Below are positions 1-7,010 of a DNA stretch of 64,000 nucleotides, piece by piece. The notes below the pieces were generated by a model that searched no databases, had not been told where the DNA came from, and saw only the letters and a program-made list of their open reading frames with translations. Origin of the DNA: Polyangia bacterium. Its GTDB lineage: Bacteria; Myxococcota_A; Polyangia; JAAYKL01. A program made the position numbers and the translations under genes. The first letter of the stretch is position 1, and every line of letters begins with the position of its first letter. Location: the NCBI GenBank assembly GCA_050287845.1, contig JBNKCR010000055.1:1-64000 (forward strand). The letters run 5' to 3'.

Positions 1-2
1 AA

Positions 3-122
3 GCAATAAAGGATTTCTGTAGCCGGTACATTGAAGCATCCGTCGCGTATCGGAGCGGTGCGCACAAAACCGAGTTTCCATACGGCAGTATCCGGCCATC
101 AATTCCGGGCATCTCGGTGTAG
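3..122 (+). CDS. 3' end of a gene entering from the left edge; putative IS200-like Y1 / REP-associated tyrosine transposase C-terminus
   Basis: Open frame AIKDFCSRYIEASVAYRSGAHKTEFPYGSIRPSIPGISV* (TAG 120-122). It resembles, from recollection, the 'F..AY..A...R.G....FP.G...P' tail of myxobacterial RAYT-like transposases. The catalytic HUH/Tyr region would lie outside the window. Confidence 0.45.
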   Translation, partial: AIKDFCSRYIEASVAYRSGAHKTEFPYGSIRPSIPGISV

Positions 123-341
123 CAGCAGGTATCGATAAAAAAGTCGGCAAATGGCGTGGCATGCTTTGCAGCGCTGGTGACGTGCGTCTGGACTGTACGA
201 TTTCCCGACGAGCAATTTAAACGAGGGCAGCGTGACCACAAATCGCCCGACACGAACCTGGCACATTCCGTCTGAACCCAGAATAAAATATCAAATCAAC
301 CGCAGCTTCATCGCGCATATCCAAACTTCGTACAACGGAAC

Positions 342-634
342 AATAATCACTCTGAGCCAATCTACCGGGGTTAATTTACAGGGGTAATAATCACTCTGGG
401 CCAATTTGCCGGGGCCAATTTGCTGGGTAATAATCACTCTGGGCCAATTTGCTGGGCCAATTTACTGGGGTAATAATCACTCTGGGCCAATTTACTGGGG
501 TCTTGCTGCAACAGGCTTTCTGGGCCAATTTGCTGGGGTAATAATCACTCTGGGCCAATTTGCTGGGCCAATTTGCTGGCCAATTTGCTGGGGCCAATTT
601 GCTGGGGCCAATTTGTTGGCGCCAATATGCTGGG
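342..634 (+). repeat. Nested direct-repeat tract (REP-like): about 14 copies of a 13-14 nt (G)GGCCAATTTGCTG unit within a ~43-bp higher-order unit
   Basis: AATAATCACTCTG starts at 342, 386, 429, 472 and 540 (spacing 44, 43, 43, 68). CCAAT cores are at 357, 401, 415, 444, 457, 487, 525, 555, 568, 580, 594, 608 and 622. All copies share one orientation and there are no unique spacers. Confidence 0.95.
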
Positions 635-1340
635 AAATGATTCAACAGGAACCCGAATGGCGTCATTCGGCACATCGCAAGCCACCGGATGATTCATCGC
701 TTCCCACGCCCGCACCAGATTCCCCAGCATATTCACTTTATAAATCAAGCATTCGTCCGGAGAAAAAAGTACGTACCCATTTGGTGGTCATCAATGGCTG
801 GCGCGCCGTCGTAGTACCACCGGACATTTCCTGCATTATCAAGAATGATCAACGGCTTGACATCACCGGTTACCCCATTTCACACATATACCATCATGAT
901 TCCGGGCTCCATGACATTCGGCTCGCTGGTAAGAATGTCCAGCGGAGGAAAATCTGCCGGCAACGCGGGAGTCGTACATTCTCCGGCATTCTGCACCGAA
1001 GAATCCCCATCGGCATTGGCGGTAATAAATACGGAATACAGGATATTGGATTTCAGGCCGACGATGGGCATTTCCAGGCGCGGCGTTGCGGTGCGATACA
1101 TGGTCTATTGGTCACCGTCATCGCCAATTACAAGGAATCTTTCGTCATCAAATCCGATATCCAGGCGTCAATCCCGTCGGATAAAGAATCCACACTGGAA
1201 TCCACCACGTGGTCCGTGTTGGTGTCGGTTTCTGAACCAGACATTTTATCGTTTTCAGATATAGGCATATTGCATGCTATCGGACTGCACACCAGCATCC
1301 ACCACAGAAGTCTCCCCGAAGCCGTGAATAATCGCGTCAT
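634..1340 (-). pseudogene. Decayed arylsulfotransferase-family lipoprotein gene, truncated at the repeat tract
   Basis: Colinear fragments in different frames: a lipoprotein-like signal (…SPIAC) with an acidic linker; LEMPIVGLKSNILYSVFITA…TTPALPADFPPLDILTSEPNVMEPG; after TGA 880-882, LIILDNAGNVRWYY; after a frameshift, NGYVLFSPDECLIYKVNMLGNLVRAW…IRVPVESF, where the repeat begins. There is also an in-frame TAG at 1105-1107. Confidence 0.7.
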
Positions 1341-1749
1341 TCACGGCACTTCTTTGTTCCCATAAAAATCGATTCAAGATATATCAGTATCCAATCCCGT
1401 CTTCCGTGACCGGACCAAACGAACGGAACACAGCGTTATAGAACCAGGCCCTCCTCCGGAAAGGTTCGGGAAAACCCAATGCGATTTTTCATCAGCTTTT
1501 TCCATCTCAGAAGTACGCATATTGAATTCCAGCTCCACCATTCACAAATCACACTCTCAGGACGAGGTACAACTGTTCCCCTTGACAAATTCATTGATAT
1601 AGAAACCTTCTGTTGTGATTAATCATCGTATTGGGCGGTATTATCTTGGACACGATATGTATAAAACTTGATTTTAGTAATCGTGATGGTAATAGAAGAT
1701 TGAAAATTTCTATTGTTTTAAATGGGTGCGAACAACGAAGGAAAGCGCA

Positions 1750-2799
1750 GTGAAAATCATTTGTCCCAGATGCGGTGTTGCCGGTAATGAAGAAGCAGAG
1801 TTCTGTGTGTCGTGTGGTCAGTCCCTGGAAGCTGCCAAAAAAGCATCCGTCGCAAGCATTCCTCCAGCAAAAGTCAGTAGTCCTGCTTTCACCGGTTCAG
1901 ACGAAAAAAATACGGTGATAAATCTCGACAATATCCCGGCCCACGCCGGCAAAGGGGACAATGGCGATGCCAGGGGAAACCGACCTGTTTCAAAAGCCAA
2001 ATCCTCAGAAGACCAGCTGCGGGAGACCATTCTGCTCCATGCGCCCAGTGCACAGAACCCGGACAAGAAACCGAACAGCCGGGACAATATCCCCATGCCC
2101 ACCATTGAGCAGGAAGCGGTTCGTTCTGTGCCGCCGGTGGCCACGAAATCCGCCAGGGAGCAGGCCAGTTCCATTCAGATAGCCAACGTGGCTGCCCCGC
2201 TCACTGCCAGAATGGACAAAATCCAGCGCAGGAAGTTTGTCCTGAGAACAGAGGAACTGCCCTCTCTGGAAGTACAGAGAATCTGGTACAAAATTACCGA
2301 AAACACGGACTGGAACACCGTTGCCCTGATTCCCGCATCAAAGGACGTCTGTGTGCTGAATGTTGCACACGGGCTGGGCATCATGGCTGTTCGTGAACCG
2401 TGCGAATTTGTCCGGGTGCTCAATGCTTCGATGATTGCATATGACAGCTGTGAGGGTAAAAACGGAAAGAAAGTGAAAAACCGGTCGCAATATCCGTACG
2501 AATATTTCGATCTGGTGGATCAGCTGCAGCCGAATGCCACATCGCTGGCGGTCACACAGCTGACCAAGGAGCTGCTGCGTCGCTTCGACGACGCCAGGGA
2601 ATCCGGTACCATCCGGGAGGGGAAGGTATTTGTAACCATTGACCCTTTCGAATCTCATCCGGATGCCATCGCCCTGAGCCGCGTCGTGAACAAACTCATT
2701 ATCTGTGTCAAACTGGGTCAGACCAAGTTTGAAGAAATGCGTCAAATTATCTCCACCGTTGGCAAAGACCGGGTCCTTGGCTGCATCGCCGTCAGGTAA
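1750..2799 (+). CDS. Zinc-ribbon protein with a C-terminal degenerate BY-kinase (CpsD/CapB-like) domain; probable pseudokinase
   Basis: N-terminal CPRC…CVSC and a low-complexity linker. The C-terminal IDPFESHPDAIALSRVVNKLIICVKLGQTKFEEMRQIISTVGKDRVLGCIAV resembles BY-kinase C-termini, but no Walker A GKS/T is seen. GTG start at 1750 follows AAGGAAAG (the ORF track starts at 1726). Confidence 0.6.
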   Translation: MKIICPRCGVAGNEEAEFCVSCGQSLEAAKKASVASIPPAKVSSPAFTGSDEKNTVINLDNIPAHAGKGDNGDARGNRPVSKAKSSEDQLRETILLHAPSAQNPDKKPNSRDNIPMPTIEQEAVRSVPPVATKSAREQASSIQIANVAAPLTARMDKIQRRKFVLRTEELPSLEVQRIWYKITENTDWNTVALIPASKDVCVLNVAHGLGIMAVREPCEFVRVLNASMIAYDSCEGKNGKKVKNRSQYPYEYFDLVDQLQPNATSLAVTQLTKELLRRFDDARESGTIREGKVFVTIDPFESHPDAIALSRVVNKLIICVKLGQTKFEEMRQIISTVGKDRVLGCIAVR

Positions 2800-2880
2800 G
2801 AATCAGTCCTGCAGCCCTGACATTATAATTCCGAGGGGATTGGCTTTTTTCCCGGGACATCATCCATGCAACTGGTGCGC

Positions 2881-4701
2881 TTATTCCCACTCGATGGTTC
2901 CGGGGGGCTTGGAGGTCAAATCCAGGGTGAGTCCGCCGACACCGTCCAGGCCCAGAATCTGCTCCCTGAGTTCCGATATCAACGCCAGCGGCAGACTGGC
3001 GGCTGTAGCGGTCATGGCCCGTTCTGAATGGATGGGTCGGACAACACAGAGCTCTGTACCCTTCCCATTCACCATGAGGGGCACAAACACCGTGGGACAC
3101 TGCCAGATGCTGTCATAGAGTCCATGCCTGCGCAACCCATCCATGACAAACGCATCGGCTTCTCTGAGTAAATCCAGGCGCGCTCTGGTCATTGTGGCGG
3201 CAAGAGGCGTCGCCCCAGTGATTGGCTCGTCAGACAGATTCCATACGCAGCGATTGATTCCCACCACTTCTTTGAATATCCGCCCGGACGCTTCACGCAG
3301 TCTGGCGAAGGATGCAACCCCGTTGAGAACCACCGGGTGTTCATACGTGCGCAGGTCGGCTTTCACCCCCACAGACCGGATGGGCAGCGCCAAAGCGGTC
3401 AGACCATACTCTCCGGCGATGCGGTTGGCCAGCGCCGTGGGTTCAGACAAATCATCCGCCACGTTGCCGTCACTGCACAACAGCCGGACCCCCAGTCCGG
3501 GCCCCGGAAAGGGGTGCCGCCACACGGCCCTGGCATCGATTCCCAGTTTTTCACCGAGCTCCCGCACCTCAACCTTGTATAAATCCGCCAACGGTTCAAT
3601 GACTTTTCCCTGTTTGATCAACTCATCAATGACCGGCACCCGGTTGTGATGGGTCTTAATGGTATCCGAACGTTTTGTGGCACCGGTTTCAATGGTGTCG
3701 GGATAGATGGTCCCCTGCCCAAGCAGATGACCTTCGATGCCCAATTCCCGGGCTTTTCGGTCGAATACTTCAACAAAGGTATTTCCAATGATTTTGCGCT
3801 TCTCCTCCGGAGAAATTTCATCACCCAATGCAGTCAGAAAATCATCTGTGGCATCATAAAAGTGAAAATTGGTGTCGAGATCAAGCCGCTTATACATCTC
3901 AATGACGTTGGCGCTCTCATTTTTACGCATCAGACCATTGTCAATGTGGAGCAGATGCAACCGATCATTTCCAATGGCGTCGGCAAACAGTTTGGCCGCC
4001 ACGGTGGAGTCCACACCACCGGATGCCAGCAGAAAAACCGATCCGTCGCCAACCTGCTCCCGAATGCGATCCACCTGCCCTGCCAGATAGCTTTCCATGG
4101 TCCAGGAGGGCTGACACTCGCATATTTTTTTAACAAAATTAGATATTATCAGATCGCCATTGGGGGTGTCGTCCACTTCGGGATGAAACTGAACCCCATA
4201 TCGTCGATACTTATCCGACCCGATGGCGGCAAACCCATGCTTTTTCCCCCTCTCCTCCAGCGTGGTATACCCGAACTCCATAAAATCAGGCCCCACAGAG
4301 ACCACGGAATCGTTGTGGCTCATCCACACCTGCTCCACCGGGTTCAACCCCTCAAAAAGCGGATGTTCAACGGATTTATGAAAGTTGGCAAATCCCCACT
4401 CACGCCCATGGTGCTCTATTTCGCCTCCGTAGCGATGGGCAATTTCCTGATGGCCGAAACACAGGCCCAGGATGGGAACATTGAGATCGAGTATTTCCGG
4501 ATTCAATCCGGGCTCATCCCCCTGAGACGTCAGCGCAGGGCTGCCGGAAAGAATAATTCCCCGATATCCTTCAAGATCTGCCGCAGAATCCTCAGGCTGC
4601 CGGATTTCCGCCAGAACGCTTTGGCGACGAACTTTGTTCGCTATCAGGTGGGCATACTGGCCACCAAAATCTATTACCGCGATCGCATCGTGCTTTTTCA
4701 T
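2881..4701 (-). CDS. guaA: Glutamine-hydrolysing GMP synthase (long form, 606 aa)
   Basis: IDFGGQYAHLIA, LGLCFGHQ (catalytic Cys), QFHPEV, SGGVDSTVAA, QGTIYPDTIE, IKTHHN, HPFPGPGLGVR and terminal SKPPGTIEWE. ATG 4701 follows GAGG. Confidence 0.97.
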   Translation of the reverse strand: MKKHDAIAVIDFGGQYAHLIANKVRRQSVLAEIRQPEDSAADLEGYRGIILSGSPALTSQGDEPGLNPEILDLNVPILGLCFGHQEIAHRYGGEIEHHGREWGFANFHKSVEHPLFEGLNPVEQVWMSHNDSVVSVGPDFMEFGYTTLEERGKKHGFAAIGSDKYRRYGVQFHPEVDDTPNGDLIISNFVKKICECQPSWTMESYLAGQVDRIREQVGDGSVFLLASGGVDSTVAAKLFADAIGNDRLHLLHIDNGLMRKNESANVIEMYKRLDLDTNFHFYDATDDFLTALGDEISPEEKRKIIGNTFVEVFDRKARELGIEGHLLGQGTIYPDTIETGATKRSDTIKTHHNRVPVIDELIKQGKVIEPLADLYKVEVRELGEKLGIDARAVWRHPFPGPGLGVRLLCSDGNVADDLSEPTALANRIAGEYGLTALALPIRSVGVKADLRTYEHPVVLNGVASFARLREASGRIFKEVVGINRCVWNLSDEPITGATPLAATMTRARLDLLREADAFVMDGLRRHGLYDSIWQCPTVFVPLMVNGKGTELCVVRPIHSERAMTATAASLPLALISELREQILGLDGVGGLTLDLTSKPPGTIEWE

Positions 4702-4961
4702 TGTACCTACCTCGAAACTACAGAAAGTCCTAAGCTGCGCAACCGATGGCAGCCCCAATACGGTTGCAGAAGGCTATACAACAATTCCTTCAGGGTTAGA
4801 AGCCGTTAAAACATTTTTCAATGCCCTTTTGCCTACCCTGCTGACAGGCGGCAACCATCTGAAACACCGGGGTACAAACGAAGCATTATGATACCAACAT
4901 TTATGTACATTCTGCCTGTGATCAAGTAGTGTTCCGCACTGATTTGCGAAAGGACAAACAG

Positions 4962-5381
4962 ATGACAGCAAAGAAGATCAGTCATGTGGGCATCGCAGTT
5001 CCCAGCATCAATGAATATCTGTCCATTTTCCGCGACACCATCGGTCTCCAACTCCTGGGCACCGAGGAAATCGCGGATCAGAAAGTGAAAGTGGCGTTCC
5101 TCGCCATCGGTGAATCCCGCATCGAATTGCTGGAGCCCATCGCTGATGACAGTCCGGTGAAGAAATTCCTGGACAAGAACGACAGCAAACCCAAATTTCA
5201 CCACATTGCATTCGAGGTGGAGAATCTGGAAGATTCTTTATCAAAGGCAAAAGCAGATGGCCTGCAGCTCATCGACGAGACGCCCCGCACCGGCGCTGCA
5301 GGAGCCCGGATCGCATTCCTTCACCCCAAATCCACCGCCGGGGTATTGACCGAACTCTGCCAGCACGACGATCACGAATAA
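4962..5381 (+). CDS. mce: Methylmalonyl-CoA epimerase (VOC family)
   Basis: ISHVGIAV, QKVKVAFL, IELLEP, HHIAFEV and IAFLHPKSTAGVLTEL. AAGGA RBS before ATG 4962. Confidence 0.9.
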   Translation: MTAKKISHVGIAVPSINEYLSIFRDTIGLQLLGTEEIADQKVKVAFLAIGESRIELLEPIADDSPVKKFLDKNDSKPKFHHIAFEVENLEDSLSKAKADGLQLIDETPRTGAAGARIAFLHPKSTAGVLTELCQHDDHE

Positions 5382-5539
5382 ATCTCTTAATAAAATCACA
5401 AGTCTATAATTAAAATATTATTCCCGGCAAATCTTTCGGTGGAATCGCCTCCCAAAAATGGGTGCATGCTGAAGAAAAAAGCATCAATCCCATGAAAATA
5501 TTCAATTAATTAACACAACACCAACTCTTTTAAAAAAGC

Positions 5540-5555
5540 TGGCACTGTCTTTGCT
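5540..5555 (+). promoter_or_regulatory. Sigma-54 (-24/-12) promoter
   Basis: TGGCAC-TGTCT-TTGCT with GG at 5541 and GC at 5553 (canonical spacing). It is 64 nt upstream of the ECF gene and preceded by an AT-rich stretch. Confidence 0.75.
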
Positions 5556-5618
5556 TAATAGCATTTGCAACAAGCCCTTGAACATACAGTCTGACCAGAT
5601 AGAAAGAGAGCGTTAATT

Positions 5619-6194
5619 ATGGATAATAATGTCTTGAATGTAAAAAGTATTTCCTCGAACTTCAACGGACAACTGGAAAATCAGAATCGCCACCTGATGA
5701 AACTGGCGGTTTCCCTCACCCATGATATCTCAAGAGCAGAAGATTTGCTGCAGGACACCCTGCTCCTGGCGCTGAAGTTCCGCAACAGCTATCAGGAAGG
5801 CACGAACATTCGCGCCTGGCTGTCACGTATCATGAAAAATCGATACATTTCCATCGTCAGACGGTTGCGACTGGAAGAGAAAACCATGGAGGAGGAAGCC
5901 GGCTATTCTCTTCGTGCGTGGTCCATCGGCGAAATGGGCCTGCGCAGCACCCACCGGGAGGGCAACGTGTATCCGGACAACGGTTTCGGCGATACGGTTT
6001 CAGCGGCCATGAAAGAACTGAAACCGGAATACCGGCAAGTGGTCATGCTCTGCGATGTGGATGGGATGTCCTATGCAGAAGCCGCAGGCACATTGACCTG
6101 CCCGGTTGGCACCGTGATGTCCCGATTACACCGGGGAAGACAGGCGTTGCGTTCGCGACTGGTATCCCGCACCCATCTCGATGAAGCCGCATAG
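5619..6194 (+). CDS. ECF RNA polymerase sigma factor
   Basis: Region 2 AEDLLQDTLL…YQEGTNIRAWLSRIMKN; region 4 VVMLCDVDGMSYAEAAGTLTCPVGTVMSRLHRGR. Confidence 0.93.
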   Translation: MDNNVLNVKSISSNFNGQLENQNRHLMKLAVSLTHDISRAEDLLQDTLLLALKFRNSYQEGTNIRAWLSRIMKNRYISIVRRLRLEEKTMEEEAGYSLRAWSIGEMGLRSTHREGNVYPDNGFGDTVSAAMKELKPEYRQVVMLCDVDGMSYAEAAGTLTCPVGTVMSRLHRGRQALRSRLVSRTHLDEAA

Positions 6195-6407
6195 CACCGC
6201 CCTCCTCTCCCCAAAAAATCTATTCAGAATCCACATCAATCCATTCACCAGAATCCGCACAATCTTTTTTTCACATGTGATTTCAATGAATTAAAAAATT
6301 TGTTCCCGCAGTGTGTTGACTAATTTTTGATTAGATTTATCCTATTCAGAGACGCAGAAAACTATTCAGCGCGAAATACGAAGAGTTTTGGTCAACGGAG
6401 GCATTTC

Positions 6408-7010
6408 ATGACCCAGTCAATTATATTGTTCGCAGTAATCACTACAGCGGTCCTGACCGCATCGGATGTCAACGCCGAAAAGAAATGGCAGAAACACGGC
6501 TCTGAGGACGGCATTTCGGTTTTCACTGCACGTTTTCCCGCCAGTGCCGTACCGAATGTGAAAGCGGTCACCATTGTAAACGCCCCCACCGAGAAGGTGT
6601 GGCAATACATTACCAGCACAATTCAAATCAACGGTCTTAAAGACAAGCGCACCATCGACAGCTGTGGCGCCGGGTGTGATTATGTGTATGTCCGTCTGGG
6701 CAACTGGATGATCACAGACCGGCATTACGTGATTAAGGTTAACTGGAGAGTGGGCGATGTAAATGGATACCCCGGTTATGTGCGCGAGTGGGCCCAGACA
6801 TCTGAGCGACAGGCCAAAAACCCTAAAGGAATGCCGGTTCGGAGCATTCAGGGCAGCTGGACCCTGACCCCGGTGAATAACGGAAAACAGACGCGAATTA
6901 CCTACATCAATCATCTGGACCTCGGTGGCAGCGTACCCGCCTCCCTATTTTCCCGGGGGTTTGTGAACAACGCCTACGATATCCTCAGAAACATCAGAAA
7001 CAATGCATGA
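6408..7010 (+). CDS. Secreted START/SRPBCC-domain protein (putative lipid binding)
   Basis: Signal peptide, WQKHGSEDGISVF, ITDRHYVI, GSWTLTP and TRITY…DLGGSVPASL. GGAGG RBS before ATG 6408. Confidence 0.8.
   Translation: MTQSIILFAVITTAVLTASDVNAEKKWQKHGSEDGISVFTARFPASAVPNVKAVTIVNAPTEKVWQYITSTIQINGLKDKRTIDSCGAGCDYVYVRLGNWMITDRHYVIKVNWRVGDVNGYPGYVREWAQTSERQAKNPKGMPVRSIQGSWTLTPVNNGKQTRITYINHLDLGGSVPASLFSRGFVNNAYDILRNIRNNA

Noticed and set aside
342..634. Repeat tract as a CRISPR or other guide-RNA array
   Set aside because: The intervals between repeats are themselves repeat subunits, not unique spacers, and there are no cas genes in the window.
880..1107. In-frame TGA/TAG in remnants as stop-codon recoding (Sec/Pyl or an alternative code)
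   Set aside because: The same remnants also have frameshifts and deletions, and intact genes here end normally in TGA, TAG and TAA.
406..1365. 319-aa plus-strand ORF (and 391..675 on the minus strand)
   Set aside because: It begins inside the repeat tract and is antisense to recognisable arylsulfotransferase fragments; it has no protein-like motifs.
4702..4790. Hairpin GCAACCG…CGGTTGC in the guaA leader as a purine riboswitch
   Set aside because: Only one stem is visible and I cannot find the purine riboswitch junction consensus. An Rfam scan would settle it.
3646..4809. Long antisense ORFs (also 8341..9501, 13194..14354, 17948..18829, 21822..22652)
   Set aside because: They are shadows of well-supported genes on the opposite strand.
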